64,000 bases of DNA from Sphaerodactylus townsendi. Taxonomy: Eukaryota. Within the stretch, counting starts at the first letter, position 1, and each line of letters starts with the position of its first letter. Shown piece after piece: positions 24,801-35,775 of the stretch. The notes beneath the pieces are model-generated. The model had not been told where the DNA came from, searched no databases, and saw nothing but the letters and a program-made list of their open reading frames with translations. The stretch is from assembly GCF_021028975.2 (NCBI RefSeq), contig NC_059439.1:22010001-22074000 (forward strand). Reading direction: 5' to 3'. Both the position numbers and the translations under genes were made by a program.

Positions 24801-27800
24801 AAATAAGCAGGCTTGGCTCACCACTTCCTCCTTCCCTCAGGGTTTTCCCACCCACCTTCCCTCAGGGTCTCCCCATCCACCTCTCCCCTCTATTTTGGAA
24901 ACATCCATACTTTTATCATAGCCAGATGGGTGGGTGCGCATGAGAGGGGGAGCCGAGGAGCTACCCCCCTTTTTGGGGAACTTCCAAGGGAGGTTATGGG
25001 GTGGAGCATGCCAGGGGTTGGGACACCCAGCGGGGGCTACCGAGGCTTGCACCCTGGAGCGTGAATGGGCACTCAGCATGGAGCCGGCTGCCCAGCTGAG
25101 TCCCTGTGGCAGTTCAGCATGGGGCCTCCTGAACTGGATGTTTTCTAATTTCTTCATGGCTGCCCTTCCAAGTCATGATTTCCTTTTGATCTCTTGGCTC
25201 CATTGTCACGGTTTTTGATCTAAACACTGCTTCTGACAATGTGGTCTCTTGATTAGTCACATTTATTCTATGGCTTCCACTGTTTAGACAAATATAAATA
25301 ACTCAAAGCCTTTTGCTTGTAAATATTAAAATAATCATGTGTGTGTGTGTGTGTGTGTGTGTCTTTTTGTCAACATATGCATTTTCTTCCAAGATTCACC
25401 GTTTCCTGAAAACCATCTCATTCAACAACAGTGCCGGAGATCTGGTATTTTTTAATGAGAATGGTGAAATAGTAGCCGGATTTGATATTATAAACTGGGT
25501 CCTTTTGCCAAACAAATCCTTCATAAGAGTAAAAGTTGGAAGAATGGATCCACAAGTTTCCCCAGGCAGAGAGTTCACCATTAATGAAGAGGCCATCACA
25601 TGGCATAGTATGGTTAATCAGGTGGGATCCAAATCATGCATCGAATTTCAAACTTGAATTGTGCTTATAAGTGAGTTATAGCAATTAAATAGAGTGCTTA
25701 TAAGTGAGTTATAGCAATTAAACGTCCAAGAGACCACTAGAGGGAGCAGAACACATATGGAAAATGGAAAAGCTGATAGTATATGCACATAAGGAATGAA
25801 AGTAAGATGTATATAAAAGCTTCTCAAGAAACAAGGAACAAGGTTGGCCAAACCCCAAAAAACTTGCCACGCAACAGGAATTGCACAAGGAAGTGTTAAT
25901 ACCAACAATGATTAAGTGCATATATGCAATATTCACAAAATAACATAATCAGGAATGATCCCATGAGTCCATAAGGTTCTCCCGACCATAATTCTATAAA
26001 TATTTCATTCACAGTCCAATGGAAAACATGGAAAAAGCACCGGTTCAAGAAACTTCCTTGTGCAATTCCTGTTGTGCGGCAAGTTTTTTGGGGTTTGGCC
26101 AACCTTGTTCCTTGTTTCTTGTTTAGTCTTGGCCTCATTCTTCCTTTCCATATAAAAGCTTCTCAGACATTTTACTCACATGGGAAAGTCTGTGAAAATA
26201 ATGGTCATCAATTTGCAAACTAGTGCAATTTTTTTCCTATCTTAGAACATATTATTATAAAATCATATTTCAAGGTTCATTTCCATTAAAATTAACTATT
26301 TAGCTGTTTATAGAACAATGTTGGTAAACTTTTAAAAAAAGATTTCTCGTTTCTTATCTTTTTCGGAGTAGGTGCCTCCCATTGCTGTGTGCAATGACAA
26401 CTGTTGGCCTGGGTATAGCAGAGAGAAGATTGAGGGAGCACCATTTTGTTGTTACAGTTGTGCTTCATGTCCAGATAAGAAGATTTCAAATCAGAAGGGT
26501 ATGAGACATGAAGTGCAATGTTAAATTATGACAACAGGGCAAGTGCTGGAGAAGAGAGGAAGACAAAGTTTTATCGTACATCCTTCATGATCAGTATACC
26601 TCACACATGTATGTAATCCTACTAGTGGCTACAATCTGCAGTCAGTCAAGAAGGCCCAGGCCCTCTCACTTCTCCCTTCCATTAATAAATACAGCTTATG
26701 CCATGGTTGAGCCAGCAAAAGGCAAGAATGTAATAATGAAAGAAAGCAAAAGAAAAGACGGTGTTTTCAGTCATGGGTTGTTTAAAAGGGGAATTTGTTT
26801 CATTTTCACGTTCATTATGATAATTATGAAACACACAATTTTGTGTCATTATTATGAGTCATACATGAATTATGATTCATAAAGAAAGACATACCCAAGT
26901 CTAGTTAGATCCAACAATCTGTTCTGCTGTTAAAAAGAGAACATGGAGTCCTCTTTCCCATACAAAAACCCTATGCTGGGAATCTTAAAACTGTCAGGTG
27001 AGGCAGGGGCTACAGTAAAGAGAATATTTATTAAGGGGCTCAGCCAGAAAAATGTCCTCCTCCCTAAAGACTTTGTCCATGTGTGGTTGGAGAAATGGAA
27101 ACTTTAGAGCAGTGATTCCCAAAGTGGGAGCCACCCCCTGGTGGGTGCTGCAGCGATCCAGGGGGGCAGTGATGGCCACAGGTAGAAACATTAATACATA
27201 TATCTTTCTGTTTAATTGCTATTAAAATTTAAAAAAAATAATTTCCAGGGGGCGCTAAGTAATATTTTTTCTGGAAAGGGGGCGGTAGGCCAAAAAAGTT
27301 TGGGAACCACTGCTTTAGAGCATGTCCCTTTAAAATGTAGTTTTTATAGTGATGCTAAGTGGACCCTTATTGAACTGGAGTCCAGGCTGTCTTGTCAACT
27401 AGAACTAATATTCTCCTTACTGGTGGATTTCCACATATCATGAAGCTGGTGGCCAAGTTCTGGGTGATAGTATACATAGTCCTCAGATGAGAGCACAACT
27501 GATACAAAGTATTTGCCACCCGAGGGTGGGACTGGCACTGCTCAGAGTTCCCAACCAAAATAACAACACAATACTCTTTTCTGTGGGTTAAAATTTTGGC
27601 CATAGCCAAACCGTGTTATTGACAAAGGATGAAAAGAAGCGTGAGGCGCAGCATAGAATCTGATCTGAACAGGTGGAACTCAGGTGGGCGACATGCCCCT
27701 GTCTGAAGATCCAGTTTACTGCTAAGGGGAGCAAGCTTCAGTAGCCCCCGGCTGGGCGTCCTGACCCACAGCTTGCTCCACCCCAAACCTCTTAAGGAGG

Positions 27801-30480
27801 TTCCGCCAAAGAGTGTCAGCTTCACAGCTCCCCTCAATATCAGATCAGTTCCCATGAACAACTGCCGGCTTGGCTATGACATCATACACTTGCATTAACA
27901 TTGTCCAAAGGGGAGACTTGGGTGGGAAACTCGGCGCCACTCTGCTCCAAGGAGGGGCCAAGGGCCAGGTCGAAGCCTCATGTAGGCTCCCGGCCACCCC
28001 TCCTGATGACGCTGATGCCCATAGTGGGCCTGCCTTCTGCCCTTCTAAGGGGAGGCATGGCAGGGCCTCTTTGCAGTGCCCATCCCGAGCAGCAATGGCG
28101 GGCCCCACTGATTCAGGGCCACTCTTTATGATTGGTGGGGAATTTTCTTTGTAAATGTTATGATACCAAGATTTTAATCATTTTTTAAAAATTTTATAAT
28201 GTCATGTATGATTATTTGTATTTTTTTAGGCAAATTCATTAGTTGTTATTATTGGTCATTCACTGCAAATGAATGAATGAATGAATGAATGAATGAATGA
28301 ATGAATGAATGAATGAATGAATGAATGAATGAATGAATGAATGAGTCAGAAAAGTGGCTAAATCCATCCCACTCCATCCATGTAAAAAAAATAATCCAGA
28401 GCCCTTGAAACTTGCCTTCTTTGTTCATCATTCCATCCTTGTTGTAGGCCCAGCCCCCAGTTGTCATGCCAGAAGTTCAAGCAATAAAGAATGACTGGAA
28501 ATTCTACACAGCTGCTTAGCTTCACAGAATTCAAATTTTGAATCTTGCTATCCAGACACAGTTCTCTTGTTTCATGGGCCATTGAGATCATTGAGATTGA
28601 TAGGCAGCTGAGAAATTTTGGAAAAATTCATGCCCTATTTGACCTGGGAAGTCAGGTAGCAACAGAGGATTTGTCTAGTGCCATTGGCTTATGAAGTGAA
28701 GTCTTTATTTACTGTCAATGACCAAATACCCATTGGCTTATGCAAAACTCCCAAGTCTTCTTCCTTTCCTCAGACTAATTGCTACGACCATGTTCTCCCT
28801 CAGCAAACCAGGGCTAATTCCTCATGGGCCAAAAACAGCCGTGTGAAAACGGTGCGAAAATGCTGCAAAAGGGTTTTAAACGGTGTAAAAGGGTTTATAC
28901 TGTTTTCACACTGTTTTCACACCGCTGTTTTTGGCCCATGCAGAATCAGCCCAAGATAAACTCATGTTTGCAGTTAGAAGCACATTGCCCCTGACTGGTG
29001 ATATGAAACGAAGGGCATCTCAATGTCGTTCCGGGATATAGAGTGTTCGCCATCTGATGTTTGTGTTTTAAGTTTGTGATTGCTGTGGTTTTTAACATTT
29101 TATGATGTGTTTTAGCTGAAGTATTTTATTGTACACTGCCCAGAGCCTTTCGGGGGTGGGTGGTTTAGTAAATCTAAATAATAAATAAACAAACAAACAA
29201 TTCAGAAGGGAAGCCCATGCTGACAATTTGGCAGCATAAAGGAGCATTTCAGTGTCTTTTGAAAGCAGGAAAGTTTCTTATTGAACATCACTAATAGATA
29301 AGTGTCATAATTATGGATTATGACAAGTTTTCTCAGAAAGATACTTTATGGATGGAACATCACACATTATTTATTTACTCATTCATTCATTCATTCATTC
29401 ATTCATTCATTCATTCATTCATTCATTCATTCATTCATTCATTTAGCTTTATACCGCCCTCCCCCGGAGGGCTCAGGGATCTGTTCACTCCCCTGTTCGT
29501 GGAATGGCATTATGTATGGAAATATAAACATGAGATCATGGTATGATTAAGAACTTGAACCTAGATTTCTTTTCGGTTTTTCAGACATGGATGACTGTTT
29601 TAAATGTCCACAAGAGCAGTATCCAAACCTGAACCAAGATAGATGCATTCCCAAGCTTCTAAACTTCCTCTCCTTCACAGAATCTTTGGGCATCACTTTA
29701 GCTTCCTTGGCTCTCTTCCTTTCTTTGATCACAGCTTTGGTGCTAGGAATTTTCATCAAGAACCAAAACACTCCAATAGTCAAAGCCAACAATCGGGACC
29801 TCACCTATTCTCTCCTTGTCTCCCTGTTGCTCTGTTTCCTTTGCTCCTTGCTCTTCATTGGCCGGCCTCAGACTGTGACCTGCTACTTACGGCAAACTAC
29901 TTTTGGCATCATCTTCACAGTGGCTGTTTCATGCATGCTGGCCAAGACCATCACTGTGGTTGTGGCTTTTGCAGCTACTAAGCCAGGCAGCAAGATGAGG
30001 AAATGGGTAGGAAAAAGAGTGGCAAACACCATTCTTATCTGTTGCTCCCTCATTCAAGCCAGTGTTTGTGCCGTGTGGCTCTGCACTGCTCCTCCATTCC
30101 CCCATTTTGACCCGGACACTCTGGCTGAAGAAGTCATAGTGGAATGCAATGAAGGGTCAGTCACAATGTTTTATTTGGTACTGGGGTATCTGGGATTTCT
30201 GGCCATTGTGAGCTTTACTGTGGCTTTCCTCGCCAGGAAGTTGCCTGACAGTTTCAATGAAGCCAAATTTATCACTTTCAGTATGTTGGTGTTTTGCGGC
30301 GTCTGGCTGTCCTTTGTTCCATCTTATCTCAGCACCAAAGGCAAATATATGGTAGCGGTGGAGATCTTCTCTATCTTGGCCTCTAGTGCTGGGCTGCTGG
30401 CTTGTATCTTCTTCCCTAAATGCTACATAATCATTGTGAGGCCTGAGCTGAATTCTAGACACCAGCTAATAAAGAAGTAA
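18593..30480 (+). CDS. Vomeronasal type-2 receptor (V2R, class C GPCR), 6 exons, ~883 aa, intact
   Basis: Exons 18593-18834, 20659-20950, 23207-24073, 25394-25621, 26372-26498, 29585-30480; all GT-AG, phases 2,0,0,0,1 compatible, total 2652 nt; signal peptide, Venus flytrap motifs, Cys-rich domain, 7TM motifs [41 protein letters not shown]. Confidence 0.93.
18952..19290. mobile_element. hAT (Charlie-type) MITE in V2R intron 1
   Basis: TIRs CAGTGGTGGTGAACCT / AGGTTCGCCATCACTG; perfect 8-bp TSD CCTTAGAA. Confidence 0.9.
20659..20950 (+). CDS. V2R exon 2
   Basis: [37 protein letters not shown]; acceptor ctttag, donor CAG|GTAAAA. Confidence 0.92.
20990..21137. mobile_element. Palindromic hAT-type MITE
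   Basis: Near-perfect 148-bp inverted repeat centred on ggccaattggcc; flank tacta duplicated (second copy cut by the gap). Confidence 0.85.
21143..21295. other. Assembly gap
   Basis: Run of N. Confidence 1.
21500..21970 (-). mobile_element. Fragment of the 14920-type hAT-like element, opposite orientation
   Basis: One palindromic module plus attttatgcccgaat...gtattgac, the reverse complement of the 14928-14985 end. Confidence 0.7.
22139..22160 (+). mobile_element. 22-bp Penelope-like 3' end micro-insertion
   Basis: tggttgtgaagcctttgacaat matches the PLE terminus at 51381-51397; perfect 15-bp TSD ACATCCTAAAGAGAT. Confidence 0.7.
23207..24073 (+). CDS. V2R exon 3
   Basis: [48 protein letters not shown]; acceptor tttcag, donor AAG|GTAATG. 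Confidence 0.93.
24640..25135 (+). mobile_element. GC-rich LTR-like (Gypsy or DIRS/Ngaro terminal-repeat-like) fragment
   Basis: Homologous in inverted orientation to 27545-28145. Confidence 0.5.
25394..25621 (+). CDS. V2R exon 4
   Basis: [27 protein letters not shown]; 228 bp; acceptor ttccaag, donor CAG|GTGGGA. Confidence 0.92.
26372..26498 (+). CDS. V2R exon 5 (cysteine-rich domain)
   Basis: [42 protein letters not shown]; too short for the ORF track; donor G|GTATGA. Confidence 0.92.
27110..27312. mobile_element. hAT (Charlie-type) MITE
   Basis: TIRs CAGTGATTCCCAAA / TTTGGGAACCACTG; perfect 8-bp TSD CTTTAGAG. Confidence 0.9.
27545..28145 (-). mobile_element. GC-rich LTR-like repeat
   Basis: Reverse complement shares gcctcacgcttc...aataa...tggctatgg with 57410-57475 and a long block with 24940-25060. 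Confidence 0.55.
28268..28343. repeat. (GAAT)n microsatellite
   Basis: Direct reading. Confidence 0.95.
28811..28951. mobile_element. Short palindromic Harbinger-type MITE
   Basis: ggct.attc..catgggccaaaaacagc / gctgtttttggcccatgcagaatcagcc. Confidence 0.7.
29378..29443. repeat. (ATTC)n microsatellite, tail of a tiny minus-strand L2 3' end (29444-29478)
   Basis: Followed by tttataccgccctcccccggagggctcaggg. Confidence 0.9.
29585..30480 (+). CDS. V2R exon 6 (7TM domain)
   Basis: [38 protein letters not shown]; acceptor ttttcag; TAA stop. Confidence 0.95.
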
Positions 30481-31123
30481 GAGCATCAGTGCAATGTAAA
30501 CTGTGTTTTTATCTACATATACACAAAGAAAATGAAGGAACGTATTTACACACGCTGATAAGTAGATTTCTCCTGGTCCATTTATTTTTTCCTGAATTCT
30601 TATTTCTTTTGAAGATTTTATCAATATTATTCTGGAAAATCATTCATGGGCAGCTTTTTGTAGCTTTCATTTTTTATGTTGGTATCATCAAAAATTTTCA
30701 ACAAGAAATCAGGTGGAACCATTCACAGGAATGCACCATCCAATTGCCACTGATAAAGACATCAGAGGAAAAGCAGGAAACATCTCAGGTTCCCAGCTGC
30801 AAGAGGAGAGCAGGAAATGCCAGGCAACCAACCGCTATTCTGCAACAAATTCCAGGAAAAGCCCTTCCTTCTATTTCCCCTTTCTCATTGCTGAATTCAT
30901 CAGATGCTCGGGAAGACATCTGGCTGGCACCCCTCTCTGATGCCTGGGTCCAATTACACTCCCCAAGCATCTCATAGATGCCCTTCTATGCCTGTCTCCA
31001 CGTTTTACAAACCCTAAATGGTAATAAGCAAGTCAACAAATAAAAAAGGAAGAAAGAATGTTTCAAAATGTTTCAAAAACTTATAGCCTATCCAGATTTT
31101 CATGCCGTTTGTAAATGTTCCTT

Positions 31124-32086
31124 TTAGTCACACAAAACTTTTCTTTGTCCCCAGTGTAATGAATGTTTCAAGGCCGCTTTCACATCTTTGTTCCTGAGTG
31201 TGTAGATAAAAGGATTCAACAAAGGAGTCACAATTGTGTTCAGCACGTTCACAAATTTGGTCATTTCTACAGATGCTCGTTTAGAGGGTTTGATATAAAG
31301 AAACATGGTGGAGCCAAACCAAATAACCACAACAGCAAAATGGGAGGAGCATGTCGAAAAGGCCTTTCGACGACCTTTGGCAGAGGCAATATGCAGTATT
31401 GTATAAATGATGTAAGCATAGGAAAGAAAGGTTATCAAACAGGAACTCAGAATGACTGTGCTGGCTACAATAAACATTGCTGTTTCAACAGCATGGGTGT
31501 CAGAACAAGAAAGAGATATCCAGGAATCAATGTGGCAATAGAAATGATTAATCACATTGGGTCCACAGAAGGATAACTTTGAGATCAGAACTGTTGGTGT
31601 AGACATAGCGAGGAATCCTAATAACCAGGAAACAGCAGCCAACGTGCAGCAGAGTTTGAGGTTCATCAGGGTGCTGTATTGCAGTGGATAACAAATGGCC
31701 AAATATCGATCATAAGCCATAGCAGATAGTAGGAAGAATTCTGTGCATCCAAAGGAATAATTGAAATACATCTGCACGATGCAACCATTGAAGGAGATGC
31801 TTGTGCTGTCTCCAAGAAACACGGAAAGGGTTTTAGGCATGATGGCTGTTGTGTACCATATTTCCAGGAAAGAGAGGTTCCAAAGCAAGAAGTACATGGG
31901 AGTGTGGAGCTGAGAGTTAGTTATCACTAGAATGACAATGGTGACGTTCCCCAAAACTGTCAAGATGTACATGAAAAGAAAGCTCAAGAAGATCCCCGTC
32001 TGTACATAGTGAGACTCAGGGAAGCCAAGAAAAGTGAATTCCATCGCTGTTGTTTTGTTTTGTGCCCTTTCATTCAGTTCTTCCAT
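31124..32086 (-). CDS. Olfactory receptor, intact, 320 aa (OR6/OR11-like)
   Basis: NKT glycosylation site, [48 protein letters not shown]. Confidence 0.96.
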   Translation of the reverse strand: MEELNERAQNKTTAMEFTFLGFPESHYVQTGIFLSFLFMYILTVLGNVTIVILVITNSQLHTPMYFLLWNLSFLEIWYTTAIMPKTLSVFLGDSTSISFNGCIVQMYFNYSFGCTEFFLLSAMAYDRYLAICYPLQYSTLMNLKLCCTLAAVSWLLGFLAMSTPTVLISKLSFCGPNVINHFYCHIDSWISLSCSDTHAVETAMFIVASTVILSSCLITFLSYAYIIYTILHIASAKGRRKAFSTCSSHFAVVVIWFGSTMFLYIKPSKRASVEMTKFVNVLNTIVTPLLNPFIYTLRNKDVKAALKHSLHWGQRKVLCD

Positions 32087-32255
32087 TTGTCCAGTTCTGT
32101 CTGCTGAAATAACATGCTACTTTAACACATGGACAATTTTTCCCACCAAGAATTCAAAGTTTATTACCAACTTTTCAAGCCAGAAATCATCCTTTTTTCC
32201 CAACTGTGAAATCCAGATTGTGCACTGAGACTCATTTTTTACAGATGAAGCAGTG

Positions 32256-32536
32256 GCCCTTTCCCCACTTTCCTTAAGCCCCGCGCTACTCTCCTAAAGT
32301 AGCGCGGGGTTCAGCTGCCCTCCCCACTTCAGGGGCGGCGAGAAAGCAGCCGCCCCAACGCTGCTTCTCTCGCGCCCCCTCGACGTGCGGAATTTCTGGC
32401 GCCTTTTCAAATGGCGCCTTTCGATGACCCCGTGCAGAGCGCGGGGTCGTGGGGAAGCTGGGGCGCGTGCCAGGAATGGTGCGCGCCGGGAATTGCCCGC
32501 AGCAACCCTCGGGCAAAGGTGAGTGGGGAAAGGGCC
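32256..32536. mobile_element. GC-rich Harbinger-type MITE (second family)
   Basis: TIRs GGCCCTTTCCCCAC / GTGGGGAAAGGGCC, TSD AGT; related copy at 61637-61925. Confidence 0.85.
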
Positions 32537-32745
32537 AGTATCTATGGCTACCACATAAGGAAATTCCCTGTTCTTGCCAATTAATCTTTGGCACAAAGTC
32601 CTTTCCCTATGGAAAGAACATTAAGTGCCTCAGAGTGGAATAAATACACATCCCCCCCCTGTTATTGCTTTGTTATGTTGCGTGAAGAGTTCCTACATAG
32701 GTTTTCTCTGCTTGCAGTTCATCCATTTGCTATTTCACTGTAAAA

Positions 32746-33050
32746 GAAGAAGAAGAAGAAGAGTTTGGATTTATATCCTTCCTTTCTCTCCTGCAGGAGA
32801 CTCAAAGGGGCTTACAATCTCCTTGCCCTTCCCCCCTCACAACAAACACCCTGTGAGGTAGGTGGGGCTGAGAGAGCTCCGAAAAGCTGTGACTAGCCCA
32901 AGGTCACCCAGCTGGCATGTGTGGGAGTGTACAGGCTAATCTGAATTCCCCAGATAAGCCTCCACAGCTCAGGCGGCAGAGCTGGGAATCAAACCCGGTT
33001 CCTCCAGATTAGATACACGAGCTCTTACCCTCCTACGCCACTGCTGCTCC
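32746..33050 (-). mobile_element. Full-length young tRNA-derived SINE
   Basis: Minus strand: A-box TGGCGTAGGAGG, B-box GGTTTGATTCC, (TCT)n tail. Confidence 0.9.
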
Positions 33051-33779
33051 TAGATGAATAAAGTTTGTTTTGCCTAGCAATGCAGTGCAGGTGTCATTTT
33101 CCCCTTTTTTGTTTTGAGGGGGATATCTGGGAACCTATGGAAACATGATTTGAGAAGCTGCAATATACAAATATTCATGTTGCTGTAGCTTCAGAGACAT
33201 CCCCCTCAAAACAAAAAAAGGAGGAAAAAACAGCATGTGCATGGAATTGCAGGGCAAAACAAATTTTATCCATCTACCTTTTACAATGAAATAGCCAATG
33301 GATGAGCTGCAAGCAGAGGAAACCTCCGTGGGGAATCTTCACAGAGAATCTGCTGCAGTACACAAAATGGTGGGTGCTACTGTGAAATGGACAAGAACTC
33401 AGTTCAGCGAGTGAGAAAAAAGATCAATTTTGGCTGGCAACGGTTATGTTCTCCTGCTCTGTGGGAACACAAAATTCCAAAACATAATGTCCTGAAGATG
33501 TTATGTTTATGCTGTGCAGCATCTGCCTATGTTGTGTTCTCAGCTTCATGAAAAAGATTTGAGCTCTATCTGTTGGGAGCCTTATTTTTATTGAATGTAT
33601 ATAATATGATAGAGGCAGGGGAAAAAGGTACGTTACTGGGATTTTGATCAGCATCAGGAAGGCAACAATTTTCAGATCCTGCAGTATAGGAGTGGCCAAC
33701 TTGTGGAGGTGGAGATTGCTGCAGTGATGGGCAAAACATGAGGCAGATTCTTGTGACCTCTACACATGGATGGCAAGAC

Positions 33780-33780
33780 A

Positions 33781-33861
<81 letters not shown>

Positions 33862-35160
33862 TATAAACCGCCCTCCCCCGAAGGGCTCAGGGCGGTGAAC
33901 AAACAAATAGATAGAGCACAATAAAATCAGTAATCATTAAATAACGGCTCTATACATATTTAAAATCAACCCCATTAAAATGCAGCGTTCTAACATCAGG
34001 TAAAGTAATGGCATCCTACTAATAGATCCCCTAAAAAGGGGGGAGGGGAAGAAGAGAAGAGGGACAGCAGGGTCCACAGATGTTAAAAGGGGGGGGCATC
34101 AACGGCCAGCCTCTCCAAAGGCCTGGTGGAACAACTCTGTCTTGCAGGCCCTGCGGAAATCATTAAGATCCCGCAGGGCCCGCATAGCTGGAGGTAGAGT
34201 GTTCCACCAGGCAGGGGCCAGAGCTGTAAAGGCTCTGGCCCGGGTGGAGGCTAGCCGCATCATTGAGGGGCCAGGGATCACCAGTAGGTTGGCCTCTGCT
34301 GAACGCAGAGGTCGATTTGGGACATATGGGGCAAGACGGTCCCTGAAGTAATGAGGAGGTCCCAGGTCAGCAAGGCCTTAAAGGTCAATACCAACACCTT
34401 GAAGATGATTCGGAATTCAACCGGTAACCAGTGCAGGCGGCGCAACACAGGTGAAATATGATCTCTGGCGGCACCTCCTGTGAGCAGGCGGGCCGCCGCA
34501 TTCTGGACCAGTTTTAATTTCTGAATCAATCTCAAGGGAAGGCCTGTGTAGAGCGAGTTGCAATAGTCTAGCCTGGAGGTGACCGTTGTATGGATCACAG
34601 TAGCCAGATCCGTTTGGGAGAGGAAGGGGGCCAGCAGTCGGGCTTGCCGGAGATGAAAAAACGCAACCAGGGTTACATGGGCCACCTGGGTCTCCATTGA
34701 AAGAGATGAATCCAGGTGGACCCCCAGGCTGCGGATGGAGGAGGCCGGTGCCAATGTAACCCCCTCCCACACCGGCGGCTGGAAATCCCCAACCCCTCCC
34801 CCCCGGCCCAGCCAGAGGATCTCCGTCTTCGATGGATTCAGTTTTAACCTGCTCTGCTTCAACCAACCAGCGACCGCCTCCAAGCAATGCTGGAGAGCTA
34901 CAGGGGCAATGACCGTTCCCCCCTCCATCAACAGAATGAGCTGAGTGTCATCAGCATATTGATGACAGGTCAGCCCAAAGCTCCATACTAACTGAGCAAG
35001 GGGTCGCATATAGATGTTAAATAACAGCGGGGACAACAGCGCTCCCTGAGGTACACCACACTGAAGTGGGCACTTTCGGGAGGCTGAGTCCCCGCACCAC
35101 ACTTGCTGGGTCCGGTCCCGGAGAAACGAGGCAATCCACTGAAGGACAGTGTGTGTCATT
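33780..35160 (-). mobile_element. 5'-truncated L2-clade LINE with reverse transcriptase fragment and (TAA)n tail
   Basis: ORF 34278-35171: GVPQGALLSPLLFNIYM, HQYADDTQL, LKLNPSKTE, SRLDYCNSL, LHWLPV; 3' stem-loop at 33868-33894; (ATT)n at 33781-33862. Confidence 0.92.
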
Positions 35161-35229
35161 TTTGGTTGCATGCAATGGAATCATTTCCATTGAGTGTCTT
35201 ATTATCACTGCGGATTCATCCAGCAATCC

Positions 35230-35775
35230 CAGGGGCATAATGCCCATTGGGCAAGGTGGGCAGCTGCCCAGGGCACCACCTTGTGGGGGGCATCAAAATG
35301 CAGGGTTCGTTTTTGGGTATTTTTAGTGGTTTTCCATTTTTGGCCTGCAGGGGGTGCAGTTTTTAAGCTAGTGGCACCAGCATTTCAGCGTATCATCAGG
35401 AGACTGTCCTTATGCTACCCCCCCCAGGTTTGGTGAAGTTTGGTTTGGGGGGGCAAAGTTATGGACCCTCAAATCTGTAGCCCCCATCTCCTATTAGCTC
35501 CCATTGGAAACAATGGGGGATGGGGCACCCCTTTTGGGAGTCCATAACTTTGGACTCCTTGAACCAAACCTCACGAAACCTGGGGGGTAGCATAAGGACA
35601 GTCTCCTGATGATACGCTGAAATTGTGGTGCTGATATGTCTAAAATTGCACCCCCTGCAGGCACCAATATCTTGGTGCAAAAAAAAATTGGTTGTGCTGG
35701 AGTGGCTGCCCATGGGGGGATGGGCATCCAACTCAGGCTTTGCCCAGGGCTACAGTTTGCCTCGTTACGCCCCTG
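35230..35775. mobile_element. hAT-type non-autonomous element carrying one palindromic module
   Basis: TIRs CAGGGGCATAA / TTACGCCCCTG; 8-bp TSD AGCAATCC/AGCAATTC. Confidence 0.85.

Noticed and set aside
30489-30977. 162-aa ORF after the V2R stop
   Set aside because: GTG start, no recognisable domain, lies in 3' UTR space
31163-31576. Antisense ORFs over OR genes (also 38862, 50386, 59004)
   Set aside because: Shadow frames of real coding sequences
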